Both the position numbers and the translations under genes were made by a program. A stretch of DNA of 64,000 nt from Sphaerodactylus townsendi (Eukaryota): assembly GCF_021028975.2 (NCBI RefSeq), contig NC_059435.1, positions 19,406,001 to 19,470,000 of the forward strand, read 5' to 3'. Positions 37,082 to 50,698 of this stretch are shown piece by piece (within the stretch, counting starts at the first letter, position 1; each line of letters begins with the position of its first letter). The notes beneath the pieces are model-generated. The model did no database searches, was not told the origin of the DNA, and saw nothing but the letters and a program-made list of their open reading frames with translations.

Positions 37082-37132
37082 GAGAATGCTGCTTAGAACA
37101 CGGCCATACAGCCTGGAAACGGCACAGCACCC
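37039..37132 (+). mobile_element. 94-bp Penelope-derived insertion consisting mainly of a hammerhead
   Basis: Perfect 14-bp TSD caaaatacaaaaga (37025-37038, 37133-37146). Confidence 0.88.
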
Positions 37133-38558
37133 CAAAATACAAAAGAAACGGAACCAAAAAAGCAGTGACTGAAAGCAGGGGATAAACCAAAGAGCTATAA
37201 CAAACCAAAATCCAAACTCACTGCAAACTAGTATTAACAGAATGTCAATGCCACAGTTACTCAAACCAGAATTCCAAAATCTCAGTTATTTGGCTAGCAA
37301 GACTCACTCATAAGCGACTGTGTGTCAAACCTCTGATGAGGATCGAACACAGAACAAGGCTTTCTTCAGCTGATGTGAAAGCTCAAGTGTGCCTTAATGT
37401 ACCCTGCCACGGCTTAGCAGCTCCATCCACAGCTGTCAGGCGGACGGTATGGGATAGCTTTGGCGCTGCTCCGCCCACACCAAAGGGCTTTCCCATGGTG
37501 CAGGAAAACAACAACTCACCTTACACTTCCCCATAGTGCAGATTAGAGATATGCCACAAAAATCATGGGATATCTCAGCGAGTGGCTCCACTGACGGAAG
37601 GCCCGAACTGGGTCTGGAGGCCAACTATGGTCAGCCTTCCCCCCTGGTCTGCCCCCAATATGCCTCTTGCCAGGCTGGTGCAGCGTTTTGCACCAGCAGG
37701 CCTGGGCGACAGATGTTGTGCTGCACCCACCTGGGTAAGCACCTCCTCTGCATTTGCCCCCTGTGCTGGCGGAATGGGCATTTCCACCAGCACAGGGTGC
37801 GCTGGTTCCACAGGTGGATTAAGCCCCCTCCCCAGATGGAGCTGCCCAGCTTTAAACACCAAAATCAGCACTTCTAATTTGGACACAGAAACGAACTAGA
37901 AACCAGTGAAACTGAATCAATGGCAGGATAACAAAACCGAGGAAAGTTTTTCTCAGTCAGTCAGCAATCATATAACCATATCCTGAACCAATTACAATTT
38001 CTCAAAACTTTTGAAAGGATTGTACCACCCAGAGCACATTATAATTGCCCAGCATGGAAATCTCCAAGGCATATATAATCATGGCAAGATTCATAGTTTA
38101 GTGAGCGTACTTTCTGCAGAGTCCAAGGCCCCACGGTTGCAAACATTCATTATTAATTAATTCCTGGGGAAAGGCTGTGGTTCAAAAAATGTTGATGCAA
38201 TTATCTTTGGCCTTTTTGCATACCTAATATGAACTAGAGCAATATTACCAAGACAAGACAGACAAAAATATTTGTGGGATCCAGTGTTATTATCAAAGCA
38301 TGTTGCTTTTTTGATATTTGACCAAATAACTTTGATTACTGTACCACCAAACTTACCAAAATAACTAGAAAGGAAACAATCCTTTCAAGTGATGATCTTA
38401 CATAGCAAAAAATAATGATGTATCAAAATCCTATCACCCGCCCACAGATGAATACTTGTCTCAGACAGCAGCCCTTGTATCCTGAGAAGCAGCCCTTCAA
38501 GCAATTGCAACTCCAGCAATAAAGCTGCTATCATAAGCTTTGGTAGGACAGTCTGGAC

Positions 38559-38893
38559 CAGTGTTTCCCAACATTTTCAATGTCACAGTACCCTTGACCT
38601 CACTCTTCTTATCTCACGGTACCCCTGCCATCCCCCCCCCACCTTCCCTTCCCAGTGCCCCTGCTTGCCACCCCACCCCCACCTTCTCCTCCCAGGGTGA
38701 AGGGAAGCACTGTGGGGCGGGAAGCGGCTGCTGACCTTGCGGAGGGTCCTGCCCCCTGGGCCAGCTCCATGTCCTTGCTGGCACCAGCAGAAGACACTGC
38801 AAAAGTGACGGGAGCAGGTAGCGTTGCCGTGGTACCCCTGGGACATGCTCACGGCACCCCAGGGTACCATGGAACCCTGGTTGGGAATCACTG
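38559..38893. mobile_element. hAT-Charlie-like MITE
   Basis: Homologous to 27678-28013; perfect TSD gtctggac. Confidence 0.9.
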
Positions 38894-39184
38894 GTCTGGA
38901 CCTTGTCTCTTATATTGTCCCCAATCCCCCCTCCCCCCAAGATATGAAGAAAAAGCAATGGGTGTAATTAAATGAGAAATGATGGATGTAGGAGTAATTC
39001 TCCATGTGGCTGTATAAGGACCATAAGAACTTCATGGACTCGTTAAAAGGCTAAGACTGCATCAGGCATATGGCTGCAAGTATTGGTTTGGATAAATGCA
39101 CCCTGGCCTTGTACTTAGAACTCTTGGCTTCTTTTAGAACTTGGCTTGCATTAACAAGCAAGCAAGTTTATTGAGAAGAGAAGA

Positions 39185-39480
39185 AACTAGTGCTCCATCT
39201 AGTTCATCATCCCTCCCGCCCTCATACCATAGCCAACTATCTTCCCTGGTGGACCAAAAAGAGAACATCAAGGCATTCCATTGATGTTGCCTCCTAGCTC
39301 TGTCATCCAGAGATCAAACAGCTTCAGGATTTGGTGGTTCCCTTCAGTCATCATGGCCAGTAGCCATATATGGAGCCTATCCTCCATGAATCAGCCTAAG
39401 CCTCTTTCCAAGCCATCTGCATTCATGGCCATCACTACATCTATGAACTATGAATTCCATAATTTAATTATTCATTACTA
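39185..39480 (-). mobile_element. Old CR1 3' fragment
   Basis: tccatctagt...tagccat...tcctccatgaat...aagccatct...tggccatcactacatc resembles a CR1 3' end. Confidence 0.55.
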
Positions 39481-39887
39481 TCCTGCACAGTTATAGAAGA
39501 ACTTTTTCAAAATCTTTGTGAACCCTCCCAAGATGATGCAGGACTTCATGTTTTTTCCCCCTGTAACCTCTAAGAAAATCAAAGAAGTTCATTCACTTGC
39601 AGTCTATGTGGCAAAAGGCCACACAGTCATTAGTACATTTAAAAACGCACATCAGCTAACTTCTTTGATCCATTCAAATGCTATTTCTTATCACTAGTCT
39701 GCAGTGTATAAATATATAGGCAAAGTTCAAAAACAAAGAAAGAGAACAGAATCTTTTTTCTAATAGGACAATAAAGGATTGTAGAATGGTGTAGGTCCTG
39801 GAAAGCAAGATATTTCTTCATGTAGACATTATTTTAAAATGCACAGCATTAGAAAAGAGAGACGCAGAAAGATTCCTATTTACTTAC

Positions 39888-39983
39888 CTGGTAAGGAACG
39901 ATACTGGCATGAGCCGTGCCCCATCGTTTTGGTTCTATTTGGCAATTTAGAAAATTGCTTGCTATGTAAGTAAGACAAGCGAC
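39888..39983 (-). CDS. SUGCT: SUGCT internal coding exon (96 bp, phase 0 to 0): [32 protein letters not shown]
   Basis: Borders are ttcctgcag|GTCGCT...TACCAG|gtaagt. The peptide matches recalled human [32 protein letters not shown]. Confidence 0.96.
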
Positions 39984-40714
39984 CTGCAGGAATATGAAAA
40001 TGCCCATTAAGACAAGCGTTAGTGTTCTACTGATTTCCAACACACACTCAATCAGCATTTTAAATTCAAAATCGCACCTATGCTCCAGATTCTGGTCAAA
40101 AAGCATTAATTGTTGTCTCAGGGAACATGCAAAAAGCAAAACCAGGATTCAGCAAATGCAGAGCTCAATAAATTGTGTCATAGAGAAAGAAAAGCACAAG
40201 CACTTCCAACAAGCCTCTATAAAAGAATTATTGTTAACATGCCTTTCACTGGAGTCACCATCAGATGTTGTGTTTGAAGGACAAGCTAGGGTTCGAACCT
40301 CTTGGGCAAGCCATGCAGAGAAGAGAAAACAGGAACGGTATTCTCCTCCCGGGCACGGCTCCATTCCATCCACGTGACATATTAGCCTGACTATAAATGC
40401 TTCCAGATCGAGCCTGGGTTTCTTCTTGGGCAACAGCTGGACTGATCTGTCTAGATCCCTAGGAGCTCACTAGAAGTCTCTGCTTGCTCATTCACTTGCC
40501 TTTCAGGCATTTTTAAAGTATCTCAGGGAATACTGAAGTCTTTCAGGGAACATGCCCAGTTTCACTTGGTTCATAACATTTTTTTTTAGTAACGTGCAGA
40601 CTCATTCAAGGTTTTTTAGATTTGTGAAACTCTCACAGATCTTGCACTTCTGAGGATATGTTTTCTCCCAAGAAAAAAATTACAAAATATTTTGCCCCTA
40701 AAAGTACCTTACAC

Positions 40715-40915
40715 TAACCTGGATAGTTTCAGGCTAGCTTGATCTCATGAAATCTCAGAAGCTAATCAGGTTTGGCCTTAGTTAGTATTTGCATGGGCAA
40801 CCTTCAATGGATACCAGGGTCCTGATGCCAACGTAGACAATGGTAAACCACCTCTGAACGTCTCTTGCCTTGAAAACCCTACAGGGTAGCTATAGGTCAG
40901 ATGTAACTTGATGAC
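40715..40915 (+). mobile_element. 5S rRNA-derived SINE
   Basis: Homologous to 21787-22270, with both 5S head and RTE-like tail. Confidence 0.75.
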
Positions 40916-42020
40916 GCACAGACATAAGGGTGTGCGTGGAAAGGAATAAAGTCAATGGGCATCCTTCACCTTCTGTGTGTGTTACAGGGCTCAGGGGAAG
41001 TGCTTTCAACCAAACACTACCATTTTCTGAAACACCTCCCTGAATGAGAAAAGATGGGAAAAACTGACAGGACAAGTCAATGTGTTGTTCCCTGCCAGAA
41101 GAAGATAAGAAGGTTTGGGGGGTGGGGGGATGTTACAGTTGCATTTAGATAATTTTGTTAAATTGACCACAAAGAGCACAGTTGTAACATGTTTGATCTT
41201 CCATGGCTATTAACTTAAACATTGTGTACATTATTAATATTTTGTTTATTTAGCCGAAGACCTAAATAAAGTGCTGAAAACTCAGTTAAATGCTTAAATG
41301 TCAAGAGCTGAAATCCATCTCTTCAAACACTTAATTTGAACCAAAAATTCCGTATTAAGGAAGTAATCAGTCTAGGCTATAATAATAGTATTATTAATCT
41401 CCGTATCTGGCTACCTGGCCCTTATATTTAAGACTAAAAATTACTTTAAAAAATCCTTTTCAGCTAGTTCTGTGATGCACAGAATCATCCGCAAATACAA
41501 GTCTGTATTCCTTAATTGCTCTATTGTGTCTGCTGCTTGCCACCTACAATGCTGAGAAAACCCGACTGTACATATTATCATGCTCAACTACAGCTCAGTC
41601 TGAAGCATTCGCACCTGTTCCTAAGCTTAATGGGAACAGGTGTAGCGATATACATTTCTAGCAAGGTGGGACATGTTGCTTCCTTGAAAGTATAATGAAA
41701 CATATGTTTATATTATTCTAAAACTGTGATTTTAAAACTGTGCCCTGCAAAATGCAATCAGGGACAAATAAGCTCCCCTAAAGACAGCCAACTCCAACAT
41801 TATCAAACTCATAATGCAATCCTATGCCGAGTTATTCCAGTCTAAGTTAAACTGAAATCAATGGATTTAAACTGGGGTAACTATCAATAGGACTGTTACC
41901 ACTGCCAAATGCAGCTACATTAAAATATTTCAGGGTACCCTTATCGCATGTCAGTCAACAGATAGCCCCCTGAAGCCCCCCCCCCCTCCATCCCCCCGGT
42001 AAATTCAGAATAAACTCTAA

Positions 42021-42084
42021 TCTTGTTTTACTTTGAAATTTTGTCCTGTTTTGTATGCCAATAAAGGCTTGCTGTTATTATTAA
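42021..42084 (+). mobile_element. Extreme 3' stub of an RTE-X-like LINE
   Basis: tatgccaataaaggctt end shared with 48930-49356; TSD aaactctaa. Confidence 0.6.
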
Positions 42085-42466
42085 AAACTCTAAATTGCAC
42101 CAGAATTCTCTTTTAGCATCTGTCATTTCTTAGGCAAACAAGCACGAATTAACTGGAAAGTAGACTGATGGAGCAAAGCTTTCCTTGAAGATAAGACAAA
42201 GCAGTTTGAACTTCATTGCTGTGTGTGATAAATAAAAACTGACAAGTAGGGAAGTTATCTACTGATTTATTTACTTCATTTATGCCTCACCTTTCTTCTC
42301 AATGAAGACCCAAAAATGGCTTATCTCTCTCTCCTCCATTTTATCTTCACAATAACTTGTGAGGTAAGTCAGGCTGAGGAGGTGTGTGAATGGCTCAAGG
42401 TCATCCAGCCAGTTTCCAGGGCAGAGTGGATCCCCCAAGAATTTAGTCTGATGCTACTGAATCTAA

Positions 42467-42986
42467 GGCTGCTTCCGCACGGCCATGCTGGGGTGTGTGT
42501 CGGCGTATACCACGGCGACATCCCCCCGGGGCCCTTCGCACGAATGGTCCCAGTAAAAACAGGGAAGACGGCGCAGCACTGCGCCGTCGCCTGATTGACT
42601 TTCCTTCCCTGCGACCTTCCAGCGCATCGCTGAGGCCAGGGGACACACACCCCTGCCCTGCGCGACCGCTCTGGAGTCGCAGGGCGGGGGCGTGTGTCCC
42701 CAGGCCTCGGCGATGCGCTGGAAGGCTGCAGGGAAGGTAAGTCGATCGGAAAAGGGGGGGGATGGCGCCTTCCAGCTGCTGCTGTTCACACGGCAGCGGC
42801 TAGAAGCCGCTGTTTCCAGAAAACCTCGCTCGGGTAGCAAGGTTTGGAAACAGCGGCTTCGCGCCGCTGGGGGGGATTGAGGGCGGTGCGGCTGCAATGC
42901 AGCTGCGCCCCCCATGCGAACAGCTCCCTAGGGACGGCATTTTTGCCATCCCTAGGGTGCTGTAAAAGGCCCGTGCGGAAAGGACC
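42467..42986. mobile_element. PIF/Harbinger-like GC-rich MITE with a long internal palindrome
   Basis: TIR ggctgcttccgcacgg / ccgtgcggaaaggacc with TSD taa; inverted arms at ~42600-42650 and ~42693-42738. Confidence 0.8.
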
Positions 42987-43821
42987 TAAGCCTTTTATTT
43001 TCTATGCAAAAAACAGATGTGAAAATAAGTCTTCTTGCTCTTTAGCATATGTGTTCCTCGTGACTTGATTCAAGGCCACTCCTCTAGCTGCTAGCTGCCT
43101 CCTGCCATAGAGCCGAAAGACAGCACTGAAGCTCATCAGTATATCCAAATGCTTTCAAGAGAGAAGACAAAATAACACATCTCATTTCCAAACGTTATTT
43201 AGTCTGCAGGTAGTGCTGTTTTCTTTAAAGCCTACGAGGCATGTTTTATTTCTGTTTCAAGCAAAAACCCCACAAGGGTGGCCTTCAGACATCAAAACAG
43301 ATGTTCCCCAAAGATACAATCTCAGCATTCATTCACTGGTGAAGACAGAGCTACCTCCTGTAAATATGTATTATCACATCTGTCTACATTTTCCTAACTT
43401 TCTCAATACAGTGAACAGAACACACACATTTGAATTCTTTTGTGTGTGATCACAAAAGATAACCAAGCAGCACACTCAGTTTTATATATCCGGTAATACT
43501 AGGGCAATATGAAAGTACAGCTTCACACAATATAAAACTCCTCTTGGCTGAAACCAAAAATCAGCCAAGGTAAGAGGATATGAATTGCCTAAGGGAAGAC
43601 TGAACGGAAAAGAGGGATAGCTTTCCAAGAGGTTCTAAAAAGCAAAATTACAGTAACCAGATTGATCCCATCAACTTAATAGATATGTAAACCACACCAG
43701 TTCCAAAACAAAAGTGTGAAAAACAAGTTGTGAATAATATTACATAGGCTATTTTCTTGTTATTGACTCCATGACCAAAGACTGCCTCGTGCTCCTTCCT
43801 GTGCTCACTTGAAATAACAAG

Positions 43822-43962
43822 GGCTCATTCCGCACATGCAAAATAATGCACTTCCAAACTGCTTTCAGTGCTCTTTGAAGCTGTGCAGAATAGCAAAATC
43901 CACTTGCAAACAGTTGTGAAAGTGGTTTGAAAACGCATTATTTTGCGTGTGCGGAAGGGGCC
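43822..43962. mobile_element. PIF/Harbinger-like MITE, inverted copy of 4350-4490
   Basis: Reverse-complement match to 4350-4490. Confidence 0.75.
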
Positions 43963-44169
43963 AAGGATTAGATCCAGCCAGCTTTTCCACTCAGCTTCAT
44001 CCAATTCCCCTCCATACTAAAGCTCCCATTCCACACTGTTTTGTACATGCAATTCTTAACATAGCTGTTAACAGACTGAGTAGTCTCAGATCTGGGGTCC
44101 TAGTCTGCAAACCAGGAATTCCCTCCCTAGTTCCTCACTAACTGCCCAGACAAATAGATACAGTCAATC

Positions 44170-44510
44170 AATATGGAACCTTTATTGGCATATAAGTTTA
44201 AACAAGGTTATTAAAAAAAAAAGACTTGAGCACAACAGGTATAAAACAGTCGACATTAAAATAACCATAGTGCTGATAATATAAAATTAAGACCGTTTAA
44301 GGATTCCAGAGCAAAGCAATTTCGCTGTCTGTTCGAGAACACCTGTGACTTCATTATTTCAAAGAAATACAGTCTTTTCTTGCTCAGTAAGTTCACTGCT
44401 ACCCAGAACTAAAGGTTCAAGCAACCCAATCGTAGCCGTGCTGTACAGGGAGCAATGATGTAGGACGTGATCAACTGTTTCTTGACTTTTCATCTTGCAG
44501 ATGCAGTCTT
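44170..44510 (-). mobile_element. RTE-X-like LINE 3' fragment
   Basis: Minus strand encodes a CCHC motif CICKMKSQETVDHVLHHC and ends tatgccaataaagg. Confidence 0.65.
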
Positions 44511-45544
44511 TCATGGTGAGGGATTTTCAGTTCCCTCCCCTGCATCCTTGTATATCCTCTAGATTTGTCTCAGATACAGCAATCTGGGGATCCCCTAGAC
44601 CTCTGCGCTTTCCCAGAATTTACACGCACAGGCCTTCAGTAATTGCTTCCTTCTTCTCAAAGTCCCTGGAAAGTCTTTCAGTTTCTCTTGAGTCCTTGCC
44701 CCAAAGTCCAACGCCCTTTTCTAATCTAATACGCTTGCACAGTCCTCTTCCATCTGGCCCACGGTCCTTTCTCTTCCCTCCTTGATTTGCCCTCTCTGGA
44801 GCTTTCCATCCATTCACACACCTGCATGAGTCTCGGTGGCCCCTTTTAAAGGTCCTGGCCATCTATTGGACCCTACCCTCCCTCCAACAACAGCCACTCA
44901 CCCCCAATATCTTCAGTTTCACCTGAACAATGGAGAGTGCCCACTGCTGCATGGTCTGTTACAACTGCCTTTGGAAGAAAACTCCCCCCACCCCAAATTT
45001 TTCACTAGCAGAAAAGCTGGTGGGCTCCAACCAACTTTTTTTTTTTGCTTCCAGCCTGACAACCACACTTGACAGCACAAAGACATATAAGCATCTATCT
45101 AATAGTCACATGTTGCTCCCTTCTGTGGATATCTAAATCTACAAACTGGGCCACACCAATGCTAATTTTTTTCCTCCTTGTAAACCCTCCAGGTTTGCAG
45201 AAAAATCTGATACCTTAAAAAAATTGAGGGGATTAAAATCCTCCCAAACATAAAAGATCATTCTCTGCACAAATGCAGAGAATGTTCCTATCTTCTGGGC
45301 AACTGTTGTTTCAGCAACTCAGAAACCACACAGGTGGTGGCTGTGGTAGAACTTGAGACCTGTGACACCTGTACTGGAACCTGAGAACCATGGATGGGTC
45401 AGGCAGCAGCTAAACTGGACCCCCAAAGGTAAAGTTGTACCAGAACCCAGGAGCCATGGCAGGCCCAGTGAGAAAGTGAGGGGTATTTGTGTGGAAGAGA
45501 CAGGATTCCCCTCATTGAGTCTCACTGGCCCACATTTCTTGAAT

Positions 45545-45691
45545 GTCACAGTTCTCTCAGAACTCTCTCAGCCTACCGACCTCACAAGGTGTCTGTTGTG
45601 AGGAGAGGAAGGGAATGAGTTTGTAAGCCACTTTGAGACTCCTTACAGTTAAGAAAAGTGGGGTATAAATCCAAACTATTCTTGTTCTTCT
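45545..45691 (+). mobile_element. Squam3-like SINE 3' half
   Basis: ctctctcagcctaccgacctcacaaggtgtctgttgtg...ggggtataaatccaaac(tct)n. Confidence 0.7.
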
Positions 45692-45980
45692 AGTTACTGA
45701 CCAGAGTTCTACAATATTGTTTCAATTGCACAAAGAGGACATGAATCATTTTTATTGTATGATATTCTTGGATCATGTCAAAAACTCGGGGTGCCACTCT
45801 TAATAATGTGACACTGGGGTTAAATTTAGAATGTTTAACTTAGATCTTCTGTCTTGTGTGTTACATTCTCTTGCTGGTATGCAGCTAATTCAAACAACAC
45901 TGCAAGATTGCTGCGAAAAACTGCTTACAGATGGTTAGAATTCTGGTCTAGTGGCTGCAGCAACATCTGTATTTGGCTAT

Positions 45981-46268
45981 TGTCAGGATGCCATTGCTAG
46001 GAGGTGAGAATTGTTGGGGACTGCTTTCACATTTGCAGGTGCTGCTTTATCTGTTTCCCTGGTCTTGGAGCTCGGCGGCTGGGACGGGCCTTCAGGCTGG
46101 ACTTTTCTAACTGTCTTGGGTCACATGTGAGGTTGGGGATTTGCTACAACATATTATCAACTGCTTTGGCGCCTTTTCACCAAAACTGTCTTCTTCTGTC
46201 TCTCTCATGTCTTCAATAAAATCCTTGAACCCTTCAAGTGAGTTATTGTCTGAATGGGGAAACTGACA
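45981..46268 (+). mobile_element. Solo LTR (288 bp)
   Basis: TGTCAG...CTGACA termini, AATAAA at ~46215, TSD gctat/gctaa. Confidence 0.7.
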
Positions 46269-47545
46269 GCTAAGAATAGGTGTTTATAAATCATATAGGA
46301 AGTACCTATACCAATATCGCCATCTCCCAGGGAATGGCTTATAACTACAGTCTAAAAGAAACTGAATAATATCTAGGTGGTACCAAAGAAGACTTTCAGA
46401 TTAAAACCAAGATAAAGAAGCATGAAGGTTTTCATGCTCTAGATCAGTGATGAACTTAAGAAAAACTTGTGTCAGCATTTCCATAGCATGTGTCTTTATC
46501 AGCGCAGAAATTCAGATTGTTTCCATTAATCTGGCAACGTCTTCCAATAGTTACACATCACCAAAGACCAATGAACCTTCGCTTTAACCTAAACACCTTT
46601 TAAGAGAAATATTTCAGAAGACTTTCTAAAGACAAATCTGCTTTCAACTGTCTGCGCCACAGTATGGTGCTACAAAGTCTTGCTTCACACCATAGGCATA
46701 CAGGAAGAGAGATCAAGGAAGTACAAGACATTCAAGGCAGTCCTACATTGTATTCGCTGAATGAACAAAAAGTAGTTTTATAGCTTAAAAGGCACTTGAA
46801 AGTAACCTATTATGGAGGAGTTTTTCTCCTGTTGAGCTGTGGGGTAACACAAAACTTATCTCTGGAGGCAAGTGAAATGTATGAAATGGAACATGCTTTT
46901 TTAAAAGTGAGAAATTCAGTTTTACATCTTTGCAGCATTGATGAACACCCACTGTTCAACTCCTATTTCATATTCCTTTGAGTACTTTGTGTTGTCTTCA
47001 GAACAAATACAGGGCTCAACCGTACAGATGTCAAAGATAGCACTGTTCAAAGAAAAGTGTCATCTAAGATTCAATTCGATTTGGGAGATAACTGAATAAA
47101 TATTAACTGTCTGTGCATCTAAAGTCAAAATATATCCATGGCATTTTTCAGTGACATCTCTTTTGCCAAAGCCTCACATTATCAGCAACAAAAACAAAAA
47201 TGGTTGTCATGCTCCTTTCAAGCCTTAATTTTTTTCCTTGCCAAGGCATTTTTCAGCTGAAAAGATATAATTGAATAATATTTCTTGGAATTCCCTGGAT
47301 TTCTTTCGGCAAAATGCTCCAAACGCTGCAAAATATAAACTAATAACTTTACATTTGATCCTATTGGACTAATTTTGTTGTTGTTTCAAAGGATTGCCCG
47401 AATGAATCATGTAGCCAGAAGTCATGTCTTGCTGTTATTTTTTTAAGCATACTTTTGCATATGTGAATGGGAGAAAGAAGAGAGAACTGAGTTTTGAAGG
47501 GATTCAGGAGAGAATGGATTGTATTGTACAGCTGTTCCCCTAGCA

Positions 47546-47947
47546 CAGGGGTAGGGAACCTTTAATACTCAAAGAGCCATTTGGACCCGTTTTCCACGGG
47601 AAAAGAAAACACTTGGAGCCGCAAATAATTTTTGACATTTAAAATAAAGATAACACTGTATATATTGGGTTTTTTTAACCTTTTACTCCGCTCATTCTGA
47701 GAAGCACATGGATGTGCCTGCCCTGCTGCCTGCAGGGCGGGCAAGGATGAAGCCGGTGGCTCGGCCTCGCCGGCCGCTGGGAAAGCGCCCACCCCGCTCC
47801 AATGGGGCGGGTGAGAGCAGAAGCCTCTCGCAGTTGGTGTGCCCGCCCTGCAGGACAAGGATAGGGCCGGCGGCTCGGCTCGTGGAGCCACAGTACAAGG
47901 GCAAAAGAGCCGCATGCGGCTCTCGAGCCGCAGGTTCCCTACCCCTG
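47546..47947. mobile_element. hAT-Charlie-like non-autonomous element
   Basis: Perfect TIR caggggtagggaacct and perfect TSD ccctagca. Confidence 0.92.
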
Positions 47948-48929
47948 CCCTAGCACAAGAAGGAAAAGGGATTATCTCATTCAATTCTCCTCCTCATTGC
48001 AGCCCCCTGTTCTGCATGATGTTTGTTCACGTGTTTGTTCACAATATTTACTGTAGCCTGAAGCCTTTGAGTGGTGGGAGTGTCAACAGAAACTCTTCCT
48101 ATCTGTTGCAACAGCAGAATAGGCGGTAAGATCCAACCCAAAGGTTCATCTGCAAAGACCCATATATCTGCATAAATATGCAGAAAGACAAGTAAAAGGA
48201 CTAGAATGCACACACAGTTGTGCATGTTTGCACATATGCTGTATGTTCCCTTTGTGGACCACAGAGTTTTTCAATGTAAAAGAAGAAATGTTTAGTGGAA
48301 AAGAAAAAAGGCCAAAGGCTAAGGGGAGAAATGTTTAAGAAAAATATATTTGTTTATAACTTCGTGGTAAAACTGCAGAGAGTTTTGTTTGTTTTACTTT
48401 TTATTACAACAAGAAAAGCTATCACATTTGGGGGTTCTATACCATATACCATATATAAGTATATATACCCACACACAAACTGAAACACTGATTAATTGCT
48501 TGCAGGATAGATTTCTAATTGGATAAAATATCTTTTGCCAACTGACAGTTCTAATATATACCAATAAAATTCTTAGTAAGGGTAATAAATGTACTGTAAA
48601 CTGCCAGAATTCCCCAGGGTTACTGTATAACCAAAAGAAGATATTACATATATTTTAATAATGTAAACTTGTTTAGATTCAATAATTAGAAGCAAAGAAG
48701 AGGCTTAGCAGCAATCATGTAACACAAACGATATTAACCACGGACTAAAATCTCAAGAGTTCCTTGTGTGTATCAAGGGCCTGTGCATGCCCAGTACTTT
48801 TTGATTTTTTTCTCTTGGAAATCCCATACTACACTACAAACGTCTTGCAACATTCACCTGAATTTTAAAAGGCAGCTTGCCTGTAGCATAAGGTGAATGG
48901 AGAAATCTGCTGCTTGAAAATTATAAAGT

Positions 48930-49356
48930 GAACCCACGTGCAAGGAGAGCCCTTACCATTGCGCGTTTTAACTTTATGCCCTCTGCCCTATTAAAGGGTA
49001 GGTTCAGCAATTTAGATAAATCCGCAAGGTTATGCAGTTGCAAACTTAATGTGGTTGAAACCCTGACTCACCAACTCTTGCACTGCACCAGATTTGATAA
49101 CATCAGATCTAAATATACCAACCTACACTTTTTCTTTCAATCTGGGCTGCCTGATCTGATTAGGTTATCTCTACTGTTAAACAACTCGGACCCCGGTCTT
49201 TGTGAAGAGATCGCCAATTTCATTGCGGAGATAGTTGAGAGTTCCCAGTAGATCGTATTTGTTGTGCTCCCCGTGGGGCTTTTTATCTATCATGTACCCA
49301 TGCAATTGTTCCTGATTTATGTAACTTTTTCTGTCTATGCCAATAAAGGCTTATGT
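48930..49356 (+). mobile_element. 5'-truncated RTE-X-like LINE (ORF2 C-terminal CCHC and 3' UTR)
   Basis: Peptide RRALTIARFNFMPSALLKGRF...RLCSCKLNVVETLTHQLLHC. 13-bp TSD aaaattataaagt (48917-48929, 49357-49369). Confidence 0.85.
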
Positions 49357-50474
49357 AAAATTATAAAGTAAGCATTTACAGGGCATATAAAGTCAGAAGT
49401 GTGGATGAATGCCGGAACCTTCTATGTGTACAGTTGAGAAAATGCACAATACGATTACAATCTCATAGGGGTGGCCAGAATTTCAAAGAGTCCTGTGGCA
49501 CCTTAAAGACAAAATTGCTGAGATCATAACAAGAGCCTTGTCTTACAATCTTATTTTCCATTGTGTTCAACTAGTTACCTCCAGAAGCCAGGCAAGAAGT
49601 AATTGCCCTCTAGCTACTGGTAGTCCAATATACGCTGCCTCAGAACATGAATTGTACTTTATGGAAACATAACGTTTCTTGCTTAATGTCAGACGAAGAC
49701 AAACTAATTTGTTGCAGGAGTTTAGGATAGCGTGGACCTTTTTTTTTTTTTTTTTTTTTTAGTTCATTGGTTCCTCAACTGGTTATAATCAAACGCAGGA
49801 CTGATGTAAAAACTTCCAAGAGATATTTTCAGGCCACAACAGAAGACATCGATCAGTTTATAATTGGAAACAAGTCCAGAAACCGCTTCCTTCTTATTTA
49901 CCATCATCTAAAGATTATTGTTTAGATGCTGACGCTAAAAGGACTGGAACTGACTATCCTAAATCAAGTACAAGCAAAAGGTTTCAAAGGAACTTTAAGT
50001 CAAAGGGTAAAAGTTCATAGTCAAGAGACCATGAAATGTCGGTGCCCCTTGAAAACCCATAACTATTCATTTAGGATGGACCTTTTTCTAAAAAGGATCT
50101 TGATTTCATTCTTTTTTGTAGATAAGGTATTGACCCTTAGTAATTAGCTACCATTCAGCCATGTTTTGATTTACTAAATCCACATAAACCCAAAATCTCT
50201 TACAGACTAGTGGCTTGTACAGATATTTTTGAAAGCTGAAATAAGAATTTATTACCTCTGCAAAAGGCAGTTAAAATTAGCAAGCAGTTTACACCTTACT
50301 CTAGACAAATCTTCAAACAGCAAGATTGCCATTCACTTTTACATACTTATAGTTAGCTATTAATGTTAAGAAAATACACACACAAAAACCCCCGACATGA
50401 AATAAAGTGGCTGTAAGGATCTCACATGGAACTCTGGTAAATCTTAAAATACTAAAACTTTCAGACTTCAACCG

Positions 50475-50598
50475 AATATCTGATGAAGGGAGCTTTGACT
50501 CTCAAAAGCTTATACCCCAAAATTTTTCTTGGTCTCTAAGGTGCTTCTAGACGTGAACATGGCTGTTCTGATGCCAACTAACATGGTTACCCTCTGAA
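50475..50598 (+). mobile_element. Second Penelope-like family (Neptune-type) terminal fragment with a degenerate hammerhead
   Basis: tat-CTGATGA-a-gggag(ctttga)ctctc-aAAA-gc-tt-ata: GAAA has become AAAA at a CpG. Followed by ggtctctaaggtgc. Confidence 0.7.
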
Positions 50599-50698
50599 AG
50601 GATTGTTACTATATCCACTGAATACATTCAGAAGAACATTCCAGAGAAAGTGAGATTATTCTATTTGATTTGTTTTACCCTGTTCTATCTCTGTAGGC

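Larger units (their letters stand above)
1..39887 (-). other. SUGCT: Long SUGCT intron that continues past the window start
   Basis: The next expected exon (AFKTKDGY..GAGN..QF) was not found by eye in 1-39887. The corresponding intron is very long in mammals. Confidence 0.7.
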
